The notes below the pieces were generated by a model. The model was not told the origin of the DNA and made no database searches. It saw only the letters and a program-made list of their open reading frames with translations. Position numbers and translations under genes: made by a program. This document shows positions 8,422 to 22,195 of a stretch of 64,000 nt of DNA, one piece after another. How positions within the stretch are numbered: the stretch's first letter is position 1; each line of letters starts with the position of its first letter. This DNA comes from an uncultured Nitrospiraceae bacterium (GTDB taxonomy: Bacteria > Nitrospirota > Nitrospiria > Nitrospirales > Nitrospiraceae): positions 1,152,001 to 1,216,000 of the forward strand of contig CAVPLT010000001.1 in assembly GCA_963706325.1 (NCBI GenBank), given 5' to 3'.

Positions 8422-10668
8422 ATGTCGATGGATCTCGCTAAAAAACTGTATGCCAAAATGCCTGACGTTTTCGCCAAGGCCAGAAAGAAATTTGGCCGTG
8501 GCCTGACTCTGGCTGACAAGATATTGGTGTCCCACGCGGATAATTTCGATGCGCAGACTTGGGAGCGAGGTAAAGCGATGCTGGCGCTTCGTCCTGATCG
8601 CGTCGCGATGCAGGATGCGACGGCGCAGATGGCCATACTCCAGTTCATGCAGGCCAATAAGAAGCAGGTCGCTGTCCCCAGTACCATCCACTGCGACCAT
8701 CTCATCCGAGCTGAAATGGGTTCCGAAAAGGACCTGCTACGCGCGATGGATGAGAACAAAGAAGTCTATAACTTTCTCGCGTCTGCTGCGAAAAAATACG
8801 GGATTGGGTTTTGGAAGCCAGGTGCCGGCATCATCCACCAGGTGGTCTTGGAAAATTATGCGTTCCCTGGCTGCTTGATCATCGGGACGGACTCGCATAC
8901 GCCCAATGGCGGCGGTTTGGGTGGATTGGCGATTGGTGTGGGCGGCGCGGATGCCGGCGAAGTGATGGCAGGTCTTCCGTGGGAAGTGTTGCATCCAAAA
9001 CTGATTGGCGTTCGACTCACAGGCAAGTTGAACGGCTGGGCTTCACCAAAAGACGTGATCCTCTATCTTTGCGGTTTGCTGACCGTAAAGGGCGGCACGA
9101 ACAAGATAGTGGAGTATTTCGGCCCTGGCGCGGAAACCATCAGCGCCACTGGGAAGGGGACAATCTGTAACATGGGCGCGGAATTAGGCGCGACGACCTC
9201 CGTGTTTCCTTTCGACCAGAAGATGGTCGCTTACATGAACATCATGGACCGGACAGACCTGGCGAGCTTTGCGCAGTCCCATAAGGAGCTCCTCGTGGCT
9301 GATCCTGAGGTCTACCAATCACCGGAGAAGTACTATGACCAGATTGTCGAGGTCGATCTCTCCAATCTCGAGCCGCACGTCGTGGGTCCTCACACGCCGG
9401 ATCTCGCCCGGCCAATCTCAAAATTAGCGGCCGAGGCGAAGGAAAAGGGGTATCCGGTCGAACTCAAGGCGGCACTCATCGGCAGTTGTACCAATTCATC
9501 ATACGAAGACATCAGTCGCTCCGCGCACATTGCGCGGCAGGGGTTGAAGGCGGGATTGAAGGCCAAGGCGTCCTTCCTGGTGTCGCCGGGCTCAGAGCGA
9601 ATTTATCATACGATGAAGCGCGATGGGTTCTTAGAGACGTTTGAACAATTGGGCGGCACCGTCTTGTCGAATTCCTGCGGGCCCTGCATCGGGCAGTGGA
9701 AGCGCGCAGATGGTGTGAAGGGCAAGGCCGATTCTATCGTCAGCTCATTTAATCGTAATTTTCCTGGTCGCAATGACGGGATCAGCGAAACGCTGTCATT
9801 CCTGGCCAGCCCGGAAGTCGTGACGGCGTATGCAATTACAGGTGATCTTGGCTTCGATCCTGTGAATCAAACCCTCAAGGGCGCTGATGGTAAAGAGTTC
9901 AAATTTCAGCCGCCGCAGGGAGAAGAGCTTCCTGCCAAAGGATTTGCGAAGGGCGACGAAGGCTTCGTAGCTCCCGCGGAAAATGGCGATGGACTCACAG
10001 TGGACATTCCGCCGACCAGTGAACGGCTGCAGTTGTTGCAGCCGTTTCCGCGCTGGGATGGTCAGGATTTCGAGAAGCTTCCGCTCTTGATGAAGACGAA
10101 GGGCAAAACGACCACTGACCATATTTCTCCAGCCGGGCCATGGCTGAAGTACCGCGGACATCTCGATAAGATCAGCGACAATATGTTCTTGGGTGCGAAT
10201 AGCGCCTTCTCATCAGAGCCCGGTAAGGGCACGGACGTATTGACTGGTGAATCGGGTCTCACCATTGCTCAGATTGCCCGTCGGTATAAGGCGAAGGGTA
10301 TTGGATCCGTTGTGGTAGGGGATGAGAACTATGGTGAGGGCAGTAGTCGTGAACACGCGGCGATGTCACCCCGGTTCCTGAACGTGCGCGTCGTGATCAC
10401 CAAGAGCTTTGCCCGCATTCATGAAACTAATTTGAAGAAGCAGGGGATCTTGGCATTGACCTTTGCAGATCCGATGGACTACGACCAAATCGAGCAGCAG
10501 GATCGCATTAGCGTGACGGGCTTGAACAGCTTGGCCCCAGGAAAGGCAGTGCAGGTAACGATTCACAAGGTGAGTGGACAAGCGTTAAACATTCAGGTGA
10601 ACCACAGCATGACAGAGCAACAGATTGCTTGGTTCAAGGCTGGTTCAGCGCTGAATGCGCTGAACTAA
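8422..10668 (+). CDS. acnA: Aconitate hydratase (mitochondrial-type AcnA group)
   Basis: DRVAMQDATAQMA, HCDH, GTDSHT, GSCTNSS, CGPCIGQW, TTDHISPAG and NYGEGSSREHAA. Confidence 0.95.
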   Translation: MSMDLAKKLYAKMPDVFAKARKKFGRGLTLADKILVSHADNFDAQTWERGKAMLALRPDRVAMQDATAQMAILQFMQANKKQVAVPSTIHCDHLIRAEMGSEKDLLRAMDENKEVYNFLASAAKKYGIGFWKPGAGIIHQVVLENYAFPGCLIIGTDSHTPNGGGLGGLAIGVGGADAGEVMAGLPWEVLHPKLIGVRLTGKLNGWASPKDVILYLCGLLTVKGGTNKIVEYFGPGAETISATGKGTICNMGAELGATTSVFPFDQKMVAYMNIMDRTDLASFAQSHKELLVADPEVYQSPEKYYDQIVEVDLSNLEPHVVGPHTPDLARPISKLAAEAKEKGYPVELKAALIGSCTNSSYEDISRSAHIARQGLKAGLKAKASFLVSPGSERIYHTMKRDGFLETFEQLGGTVLSNSCGPCIGQWKRADGVKGKADSIVSSFNRNFPGRNDGISETLSFLASPEVVTAYAITGDLGFDPVNQTLKGADGKEFKFQPPQGEELPAKGFAKGDEGFVAPAENGDGLTVDIPPTSERLQLLQPFPRWDGQDFEKLPLLMKTKGKTTTDHISPAGPWLKYRGHLDKISDNMFLGANSAFSSEPGKGTDVLTGESGLTIAQIARRYKAKGIGSVVVGDENYGEGSSREHAAMSPRFLNVRVVITKSFARIHETNLKKQGILALTFADPMDYDQIEQQDRISVTGLNSLAPGKAVQVTIHKVSGQALNIQVNHSMTEQQIAWFKAGSALNALN

Positions 10669-12927
<2,259 letters not shown>

Positions 12928-13048
12928 AGCATTGTGGGCCTGTTTATCACGAGTAGAACGTGTTGTGTGAGTCTCGTTGGGGGTAATCGATGAGGGGCGA
13001 TCCTTCGTCGTCGTACCTCCAACCTCACCTCTCAGCAGTTTGAGGAAT

Positions 13049-13759
13049 ATGGCACAAGAAGACGCCAATGTAATCGACCAGCCTGAAGTGCTCTGCCATA
13101 AAATGGTGAGCATTGAAATTTCCGGTAAGAAGTATGAAGTGCCGGAGGGTATCACGGTCATTAAGGCCTTATGGTACACGGGCCAGGAGGTGGTGCGAGG
13201 AGCCGGCTGCCTCGGTGGATTCTGCGGGGCTTGCGCAACCTACTATCGCACGAAAGACGATCCGAAGGTCCGGACGTGTCTGGCCTGCCAAATGGCCGTA
13301 GAGGACGGTATGTCCTTTACCATTATGCCTCCGTTTCCAGCGCGGAAGGCACTGTACGATATTCAGACCCTTAAAGACCCAAAGCAAGACCTGTTCAATT
13401 TGTATCCCGAAGCGCCGCTCTGTCGGAATTGTAACGCCTGCACCGAGGCCTGCCCGCAAAAAATCGACGTCCGGGAAGGTGTGTGGAAAGCCGTGTTCGG
13501 CGACTTCAAGAGCGTGTCCGAGATGTTCATGGACTGTGTCATGTGCGGGATGTGCACACCGGTCTGTATTGCCGACATTGCTCCAAATTTAGTGGCTCTG
13601 TATGTCAGCCGAGCACAAGGCGCTCACTTTACCGCGAGGCCTGAGGGGCTTGAGACACGCATCAAGGAAATTCAGGACGGCCGGTTCAACGAGGAGTGGA
13701 ACAGGGTCCTCGCCATGAACGAAAAAGAGATGGCCGAACACTGCGCGACAGTAATGTAA
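13049..13759 (+). CDS. frdB: Fumarate reductase iron-sulfur subunit-like protein (one [2Fe-2S] and two [4Fe-4S] motifs)
   Basis: GCLGGFCGAC...CLAC, then CRNCNACTEACP and CVMCGMCTPVC. Start moved to the ATG at 13049, which follows GAGGA. Confidence 0.75.
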   Translation: MAQEDANVIDQPEVLCHKMVSIEISGKKYEVPEGITVIKALWYTGQEVVRGAGCLGGFCGACATYYRTKDDPKVRTCLACQMAVEDGMSFTIMPPFPARKALYDIQTLKDPKQDLFNLYPEAPLCRNCNACTEACPQKIDVREGVWKAVFGDFKSVSEMFMDCVMCGMCTPVCIADIAPNLVALYVSRAQGAHFTARPEGLETRIKEIQDGRFNEEWNRVLAMNEKEMAEHCATVM

Positions 13760-13827
13760 TGCATTGTGTCGTCAGCCGGGCTTCCGAAGATATGCCTGGA
13801 GATTGTGCTCCCGCTGAAAGCGAAATC

Positions 13828-15429
13828 ATGGACATTCACGCGCTTCAACAAATTGTTCACCAGACTCGGGATGCACGTCGCGAGCAAACCATTCCGAAAT
13901 TTTCCCCCGCAGACCGTGACCAACTGATTCACAAGTATCACCCTGATTACCGTGCCAGCGCCTATCGCCCGATTCGATTTGGCCCTAACATGAATGACAG
14001 GACAGTCGTTGAGCTGGCTGCGCTTCTCGAAGGAGACAGCCCGATTGCGGAGAATGTCGATCTCACGCCGCACTACACGACGGATGTCTTGGTGGTTGGG
14101 GGTGGGGGCGCCGGTTGCGCCGCGGCACTGCATGCCCATGGCACCGGCGCAAAGGTTATTCTTGCGACGAAGCTTCGGCTGGGCGACTCCAATAGCGTCA
14201 TGGCGCAGGGCGGCATGCAAATTTCTGTTGCGCCGGAAGACTCTCCAGTCACCCATTTCCTCGACACGCTTAAGGGCGGTCACATGCAGAATGACCATGA
14301 ATTGCTCAGAGTCATGGTTGAGGAAGGACCGTCGATCGCAAAGTGGCTGATTGAACTGGGCGTCCTCTTCGACCGACAGGCGGATGGTAATCTGCACGTG
14401 AAGAAAGGTGGCGGAAGTTCCAAACCACGCCTTTTGACCTGCTCAGACTATACCGGCCTTGAGATCATGCGCGTGTTGAAGGACGAAGTCCTGAATCAAA
14501 AGATCCAAATCCTAGAGTTTTGCGCGGCGGTCGAGTTGCTCAGTGACGACAATGGCCACTGCACTGGAGCGATTTTCAAGGATCTCGACAATCATCGGCA
14601 AGTGGTCGTGGCAGCTAAATCAGTGATTCTCGCGACAGGCGGAATCGGCCGGTTACATATTCAGGGATTTCCAACGAGCAATCATTATGGCGCAACGGGT
14701 GACGGCCTCTGCCTCTCGTACCGAATGGGCGCGACGCTCGACCACATCGATACGTTTCAATATCATCCCTCGGGAGCAGTGTATCCAGAGCAATTGATCG
14801 GGGCATTAGTCACGGAAGGTATCCGCTCGGAAGGTGGCCATTTGGTGAATGCTAAGGGGGAGCGTTTCGTGAACGAACTCGATACCCGTGACGTGGTGTC
14901 GTCTTCCATCATTCGAGAGTGCGAAGAAGGCCGTGGTATTCGCACCATGTCAGGCCGTGTCGGGGTGTGGTTGGATACGCCGCTCTTGGATGCGGAGCAT
15001 GGCCCGGGAACAGTTGAGAAGCATTTCCCCGCGATGATGATGCAGTTCGAGCGGTTTGGAATCGACATCAGCAAGGACCCCGTGCTGATTTATCCGACGC
15101 TGCATTATCAGAACGGCGGCGTTAAGATTGATATACATTCAGAAACGAACGTCAGAAATCTCTTCGTAGCAGGTGAGGCCTCAGGCGGCTTACACGGACG
15201 CAATCGATTGATGGGCAATTCCTTGCTCGACCTGATGGTCTTTGGCAAACGTTCCGGCCTCACGGCGGCGTCTCGGGCGGGATCCATGCCACAAGGAGCG
15301 CTCACGGTTAAGCATCTTCAACGGTTCCGTGCTGAAGCAAAAAAACACGGCAATTCCAGCGGAGTGATCTCCCCGATGATTCTTCCTGCCTATACGCGCA
15401 AAGAACCGGAACGCACCGCGAATGGCTGA
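13828..15429 (+). CDS. frdA: Fumarate reductase/succinate dehydrogenase flavoprotein-family subunit
   Basis: GGGGAG FAD motif, MAQGG, LATGG, FQYHPS, TEGIRSEGG, ELDTRDVVS, LHYQNGG and HGRNRLMGNSL. Lies between icd and sucCD. The start at 13828 is inferred; 13759 is an alternative. Confidence 0.8.
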   Translation: MDIHALQQIVHQTRDARREQTIPKFSPADRDQLIHKYHPDYRASAYRPIRFGPNMNDRTVVELAALLEGDSPIAENVDLTPHYTTDVLVVGGGGAGCAAALHAHGTGAKVILATKLRLGDSNSVMAQGGMQISVAPEDSPVTHFLDTLKGGHMQNDHELLRVMVEEGPSIAKWLIELGVLFDRQADGNLHVKKGGGSSKPRLLTCSDYTGLEIMRVLKDEVLNQKIQILEFCAAVELLSDDNGHCTGAIFKDLDNHRQVVVAAKSVILATGGIGRLHIQGFPTSNHYGATGDGLCLSYRMGATLDHIDTFQYHPSGAVYPEQLIGALVTEGIRSEGGHLVNAKGERFVNELDTRDVVSSSIIRECEEGRGIRTMSGRVGVWLDTPLLDAEHGPGTVEKHFPAMMMQFERFGIDISKDPVLIYPTLHYQNGGVKIDIHSETNVRNLFVAGEASGGLHGRNRLMGNSLLDLMVFGKRSGLTAASRAGSMPQGALTVKHLQRFRAEAKKHGNSSGVISPMILPAYTRKEPERTANG

Positions 15430-15509
15430 TGGTGTCCAGTCTGCTCATGCACACTTCGTTCTCCGTCACACGTGGAATGCCGTAAGCCATTAGATCTTAT
15501 GAGGATTAC

Positions 15510-16688
15510 ATGAACGTTCATGAGTTTCAGGCCAAGCAGTTGTTTGCGCAGTTTGGGGTGCCGGTGCCTCGCGGAAAAGAGATTACGTCACCGGAGGCGG
15601 CGACGACATGGGCCAATGAGCTGAATACCCCCGTCTTTGTCGTGAAAGCGCAAATCCATGCTGGCGGACGTGGCAAGGCCGGCGGCGTCAAGATTACGAA
15701 GGACAAGGCGGCGGTTGCAGGCTTTGCGAAGGAATTGATCGGTAAAACCCTGGTCACGCACCAGACTGGACCGAAGGGAAGAAAAGTCCATCGGCTGCTT
15801 CTCGAAGAAGGGGCCAATATCGCCAAAGAACTGTACTTGAGCATTTTGGTGGATCGCGACACTGGTTGGCCGACGTTTATCTCCAGCACCGAAGGCGGTA
15901 TGGAAATCGAAGAGGTGGCGGAAAATACTCCGGAGAAGATCATCAAGGAAGCGATCGATCCCGCAGTCGGATTTCAGGGGCACAATGGGCGCAATGTGGC
16001 CTTTGCTTTGGGGCTTCAGAACATGGAACCGGCCGTCATCAATCCTTTTGTGCAGATGCTCGGGAATCTCTATCGCCTGTTCATGGAGAAGCATGCTGCG
16101 CTCGTCGAAATCAACCCATTGATCATCACGAAGGAAAAGACCTTGGTGGCCCTGGATGGTAAAGTGTCGTTTGACGACAACGGGCTCTATAAGCATGAAG
16201 ATGTGCAGAAAATGCGGGACCTCAACGAAGAGGATCCGTTGGAAATCGAAGCGACGGCGAACAATTTGAACTACGTCAAGCTTGATGGGAACATCGGCTG
16301 CATGGTGAACGGCGCCGGTCTTGCCATGGCGACCATGGACGTCATTAAGCTGGCGGGCAGTGAGCCGGCGAATTTCTTGGATGTGGGTGGCGGCGCAACG
16401 AAAGAAACGGTCGCGGCTGGTTTTCGGATTCTGCTCAAAGATCCGAACGTCAAAGGTATCTTCATCAATATTTTTGGCGGCATCGTGCGGTGTGAGCGAA
16501 TTGCGCATGGCGTGATTGAGGCGGCTAAAGAGGTGAAAATTACGGTGCCGTTGGTGGTGCGACTCCAGGGAACGAATGCAGATGAAGGCCGCACACTCTT
16601 AGCAGGGTCGGGTCTCAAGTTAGAAGTTGCCAATGATCTGTGGGAAGCGGCGCAGAAAATTGTGAAGCTGACCGGCAAGGCGGCGTAA
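15510..16688 (+). CDS. sucC: Succinyl-CoA synthetase beta subunit
   Basis: [40 protein letters not shown] and NFLDVGGGA. Confidence 0.97.
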   Translation: MNVHEFQAKQLFAQFGVPVPRGKEITSPEAATTWANELNTPVFVVKAQIHAGGRGKAGGVKITKDKAAVAGFAKELIGKTLVTHQTGPKGRKVHRLLLEEGANIAKELYLSILVDRDTGWPTFISSTEGGMEIEEVAENTPEKIIKEAIDPAVGFQGHNGRNVAFALGLQNMEPAVINPFVQMLGNLYRLFMEKHAALVEINPLIITKEKTLVALDGKVSFDDNGLYKHEDVQKMRDLNEEDPLEIEATANNLNYVKLDGNIGCMVNGAGLAMATMDVIKLAGSEPANFLDVGGGATKETVAAGFRILLKDPNVKGIFINIFGGIVRCERIAHGVIEAAKEVKITVPLVVRLQGTNADEGRTLLAGSGLKLEVANDLWEAAQKIVKLTGKAA

Positions 16689-16699
16689 AGGAGAAGACC

Positions 16700-17572
16700 G
16701 TGAGCATTCTCGTCAATAAGAACACGCGAGTAGTGGTGCAGGGAATCACGGGGAAAGAAGGCTCTTTCCACGCGACGCAGTGCAAGGCCTACGGTACAAA
16801 GATGGTTGCCGGGGTGACGCCGGGGAAGGCTGGGCAAGAAGTCGAAGGCATTCCGGTTTTCAATACGGTGGTCGACGCGGTTAAGAAAACCGAATGCGAT
16901 ACGTCACTAATTTTTGTGCCTCCTCCGTTTTGTGCCGACGCGATATTGGAAGCCGCCGATGCAGGCGTCAAGCTGATTATTTGCATTACGGAAGGCATTC
17001 CCGTAAACGATATGGTGAAAGTGAAGCGTGCTTTGCAGGGTCGCGATGTCCGGTTAATCGGTCCCAATTGTCCTGGAGTGATTACGGTCGATGAAGCCAA
17101 GATCGGCATTATGCCGGGCTTCATCCATAAGCGTGGAGTGGTCGGCGTCGTATCTCGCAGCGGCACCCTGACGTATGAAGCGGTCCATCAGCTATCGACG
17201 TTGGGACTTGGTGAGACGACCTGTGTAGGGATCGGCGGTGACCCGGTCAACGGCACCGGCTTTGTCGATGTGTTGCCGCTCTTCGAGAAGGATGCCGAAA
17301 CCCAGGCCGTCGTCATGATCGGTGAGATTGGTGGCGATGCTGAGGAAAAGGCTGCTGAGTATATTAAAAAGTATGTCAAGAAGCCTGTGGTCAGCTTTAT
17401 CGCAGGCATAACCGCGCCTCCCGGGCGTCGCATGGGCCACGCTGGTGCGATTATTTCTGGCGGCAAAGGTACTGCCAGTGAGAAGATGAAAGCGCTCGAA
17501 GCGGCTGGCGTTCGAGTGGTGAAGAATCCCGCTGAGATTGGTCATGCCGTGAAAGCGGCGCTCGGCCGCTAG
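16700..17572 (+). CDS. sucD: Succinyl-CoA synthetase alpha subunit
   Basis: GTG start after [30 protein letters not shown] and RMGHAGAI. Confidence 0.97.
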   Translation: MSILVNKNTRVVVQGITGKEGSFHATQCKAYGTKMVAGVTPGKAGQEVEGIPVFNTVVDAVKKTECDTSLIFVPPPFCADAILEAADAGVKLIICITEGIPVNDMVKVKRALQGRDVRLIGPNCPGVITVDEAKIGIMPGFIHKRGVVGVVSRSGTLTYEAVHQLSTLGLGETTCVGIGGDPVNGTGFVDVLPLFEKDAETQAVVMIGEIGGDAEEKAAEYIKKYVKKPVVSFIAGITAPPGRRMGHAGAIISGGKGTASEKMKALEAAGVRVVKNPAEIGHAVKAALGR

Positions 17573-17603
17573 CGGCCAGCCTATTTTCTCTATTGGGCGT
17601 CGT

Positions 17604-17638
17604 AGGGCGTCGGATTTAATCCGGCGCCCTCTTTTTTT
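17604..17638 (+). terminator. Rho-independent terminator closing the rTCA operon
   Basis: agggcgtcgga-tttaa-tccggcgccct followed by cttttttt. Confidence 0.85.
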
Positions 17639-17938
17639 GTCTCAGGGCAATGCGCCGGGTTGCGTAATGAAGTCTGGGGATGCGGCATGTGATGGTGGCA
17701 GAGCCATGGTCACCATCGCCCTCACACCGTCCTTGAGACTACCTGAGTAAGCAAGGGCCAGGAATCTTCTCTTTTTCCCTCGCGATAGACGTGATACTGT
17801 GTAGCGGGCTCTGAACGTGGGACAGTCTGCCTGTGTTGAATCGCTCGCCTCTAACCCGAGATAGGATCGGCCTCCCTCCAGGAGAAGCCCCGACAGTACA
17901 AGGAGCTCCGGTTACTGTCCATATGAAAGGACGCCACT

Positions 17939-19573
17939 ATGCTCGTGTTTCTCATACATGTTCGTGATCCACAGTTTTATGCGCTCCCCGCAAAGACTCG
18001 CGCCAAGAATGGACGTATTCGAGTGATGGGCTTTCCGCCGATCGGCATCATGTCCTTGTCCTCCGTGCTGAAGCGCGCTGGCCACGAATGCGTGATGTTC
18101 GACCAGGCACATCCGGAGACACCCAATGATTATATTATCGAACAGATCAAACAACGGAAACCGGCTCTGGTTGGGCTGAGCTTCCTCAGTACAACCAGTT
18201 ATCCCTATGCGAAGATTCTCGCGCGGCAAATTCGGACAACTGACAGCCATGTGAAGTTGGCCTTCGGCGGTGTCTTCGCCAGTCTCAACGCTGGGCTTGT
18301 CAAACTGCAATGTCCCGAAGTAGATTTCATCTGCCGGGGAGACGGGGAGCAGCTCCTGTTAGATTTACTGGATCGGATCGAGGACCCACAGGATGTAGGC
18401 GGCGTGACCTGGGCGAAGGACGGTCAGGTGATCAACAATCCCAACCGGCCTATGGAGCGTCACTTGGATCAGTGGCCTTTCCCGGATCGGGAAAGTTTGG
18501 AGTTGGACTTCGTCGAGTCCATGCCGCTGGATGTGCCCGCCGTACTCTCGATGGAACGGTTTACAACCATGCAGACCTCTCGGGGTTGTCCCTGGCCATG
18601 CGTTTTCTGCGACATTCCGATCTTCAACGAGGGTAAGTGGCGCGCCCGCACGGCGCAGCACGTGGTCGACGAGTTGAAGTACCTCGAAGCAAACGGGTAC
18701 GGGTCGGTCTATTTTGTGGACGATCACTTCCTGCTGCAGCCAAAACGAATTGATGCGATCTGCACAGGCGTCATCGACGCCAAGCTCTCCATTCAATGGG
18801 GCATCGAAGGCCGCGTCGATTCCGTTGCGCAGCACCTGTTTCCTGCTATGGCTAAAGCACATTGCCGCACGGTCATGTTTGGGATTGAGAGTGGCAGCCA
18901 GAAAATTTTGGATCGACTTCAAAAAGAGCAGACGCTCGCCGAGGTTGAGACTGCGGTAAGAAATGCCAAAAAGGCCGGCATCGAAATCGTTCATGGGTTC
19001 TTCACTGTGGGCAATCCAGATGAAACCGTGGAGGATATGCAGAAGACATTCGAATTCGCCTCAAAACTCCCCCTGGATACATTCGGCTTCAACCGACTCT
19101 GCGTCTATCGCGGAACGCCACTGTGGCAGGAATACATCAAGCGCGGCCTCGTCACGGACGCCAAGGATTGGTACAAGTATTTCAAATGCTCGGAGATCGA
19201 TCCAACTTGTTTGCCGGGAGAGGTGATCAATTCGGTGCGGCAGGAAGGTTTGAAGAAGCTCTTCATCTACAAGCTCACTCGTTATCCCATCCAGACGTTC
19301 AAATTGTTGCGTCGGTTTTTGCGTTACATGCCATTCCGTGATGTGGCCTATCTGATCATTAAGCCTTTCTTGGGTCAAAAAAAGGGCGCGACAAAAGCCG
19401 AGGTGCTATCGCGAGCAGTGGAGCATGCGGAGATGAAGGACGCCGCGGCGCAGCTGACGCAGCTCAGCGATGAGTTATTACACAGCGTGTTGGAAGAGTC
19501 GAAGGCGGAGCGTCAGCGGATTCAGCAGGAAGCGGAGGGATCACGAGAGCTCCCCATGATTTCCAGCAGGTAG
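17939..19573 (+). CDS. Cobalamin-binding radical SAM protein (class B methyltransferase-like); substrate unknown
   Basis: N-terminal B12-binding domain (PPIGIMSL, VGLS, FGGVFAS, GDGE); TSRGCPWPCVFC (CX3CX2C); FVDDHF, FGIESGS and GNPDET. Confidence 0.85.
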   Translation: MLVFLIHVRDPQFYALPAKTRAKNGRIRVMGFPPIGIMSLSSVLKRAGHECVMFDQAHPETPNDYIIEQIKQRKPALVGLSFLSTTSYPYAKILARQIRTTDSHVKLAFGGVFASLNAGLVKLQCPEVDFICRGDGEQLLLDLLDRIEDPQDVGGVTWAKDGQVINNPNRPMERHLDQWPFPDRESLELDFVESMPLDVPAVLSMERFTTMQTSRGCPWPCVFCDIPIFNEGKWRARTAQHVVDELKYLEANGYGSVYFVDDHFLLQPKRIDAICTGVIDAKLSIQWGIEGRVDSVAQHLFPAMAKAHCRTVMFGIESGSQKILDRLQKEQTLAEVETAVRNAKKAGIEIVHGFFTVGNPDETVEDMQKTFEFASKLPLDTFGFNRLCVYRGTPLWQEYIKRGLVTDAKDWYKYFKCSEIDPTCLPGEVINSVRQEGLKKLFIYKLTRYPIQTFKLLRRFLRYMPFRDVAYLIIKPFLGQKKGATKAEVLSRAVEHAEMKDAAAQLTQLSDELLHSVLEESKAERQRIQQEAEGSRELPMISSR

Positions 19574-20299
19574 GGCGGCTGCTGATGTAATTTTCAATAA
19601 GTGATTTGCCCACACCCATGGCGATCCATCATCCTCATGTTTGCAATACACATAGGAATCCTTTCCATTCGCGTGTGCCTCGATGACGTGTTCCCCCCAT
19701 TTCTCCAGTTGCTTGACCGAATAGCGACTCCGTCGAAGGCGAGCATAGAGAAAATCAGCCGTGTCCCGGTGTTCTGCAAGGCAATCATCTGTCTCAACCG
19801 CCGCCCAGGCGATGTGAAAGTGTCGTAAGAGATCTTCCACCTCAGAATGGTTCCAGCTGTCGTGGCGAAATTCTATCGCCCAGCGGTAATTACGAGAAAG
19901 GGAAGGCAAAAACTGAGCTAACCTGGCATTGTCTCGTTTGAGATTGGGAGGTAACTGAAGAAGAATCGGCCCTAGTTTTCGCTTTGCCGCCAGGGGCGCT
20001 AAATGGTCCAACATGGTATGGAGGAAAGGGACCGCTTCAGGACGAAGCCGTTTCACATGTGTGATCTGGCGATGAGCCTTCGCCGAGAAGACAAAGTGTT
20101 CCGGCGTCTGATCGGTCCACTTAGTGACGGATGATAAGGTGGGGAATCGATACCACAAACCATCCAATTCTACCGTGTCGTATCGTGTCGCATAATATTC
20201 GAGAAATTCAGATTGCTTGAGTCCTGATGGGTAAAACCGCTTCGGCCCCTGCCATGGTTTATACGAATAGCCGGACAGCCCAATGTGAATGGATGCCAT
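19541..20299 (-). CDS. DUF72 family protein (YecE-like TIM barrel)
   Basis: IGLSGYSYKPW, FYP, LEYYA..YDTVELD, KAHRQITH, LLQLPP and AIEFRHDSW. Confidence 0.88.
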   Translation of the reverse strand: MASIHIGLSGYSYKPWQGPKRFYPSGLKQSEFLEYYATRYDTVELDGLWYRFPTLSSVTKWTDQTPEHFVFSAKAHRQITHVKRLRPEAVPFLHTMLDHLAPLAAKRKLGPILLQLPPNLKRDNARLAQFLPSLSRNYRWAIEFRHDSWNHSEVEDLLRHFHIAWAAVETDDCLAEHRDTADFLYARLRRSRYSVKQLEKWGEHVIEAHANGKDSYVYCKHEDDGSPWVWANHLLKITSAAALPAGNHGELS

Positions 20300-20771
20300 A
20301 GGAAAAAACACGTTCGTGACTTAGACGGCAACGCCAAGAAAAGTTATTGGCGAGAGACTGGTCACTTATGAAGTGAGTGGTGCGGCGGGGAATGACAGCC
20401 GATGAAGAGTAATCCGCCGCAGCATCCTTATGAGAGCTACAATCTAAAATTTGCCTCTCAGACAGCCGAATATTACATCAGCACTCTCGCACAAAAACAC
20501 TTCCGGCCGGCAGTGCAAAGCTTTTGCTCAATTTTGTTATAACAAGGATGAGTGATGAAGGCGAACGTGGAGAGTCCTTATGAAGAAATCGCGCTTCCCC
20601 TTTTGTCTTAAAAGAGACGCGCAATGCGAAATCGGCTATTTTAATCAAACTTCTGAAGGTAAGAAAGGGGACGAATTTGACGTATCCGAAGGAAGTCGTG
20701 CGCTCAGCGTCTGAGATGAGCAGTCAGTAGCGTGGCGGGTGCCAGTCGAACAGAGTCAGAGCGCAGATGGT

Positions 20772-20802
20772 AGCGGCCGGTGCGAAATCGCAACCGGCCG
20801 CT
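20772..20802 (-). terminator. GC-rich hairpin downstream of ahcY; possible terminator
   Basis: agcggccggtgcga-aa-tcgcaaccggccgct, about 30 nt past the ahcY stop. No clear U-tract. Confidence 0.45.
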
Positions 20803-20830
20803 TGACGACTGCCTACAGCAACAATAGAGC

Positions 20831-22195
<1,365 letters not shown>

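Noticed and set aside
13828..15429. Annotation as L-aspartate oxidase (nadB)
   Set aside because: It lacks the FAD-linking His as NadB does, but it is paired with an Fe-S subunit inside a TCA operon and has no nadA/nadC neighbours. Fumarate reductase is more parsimonious, though not proven.
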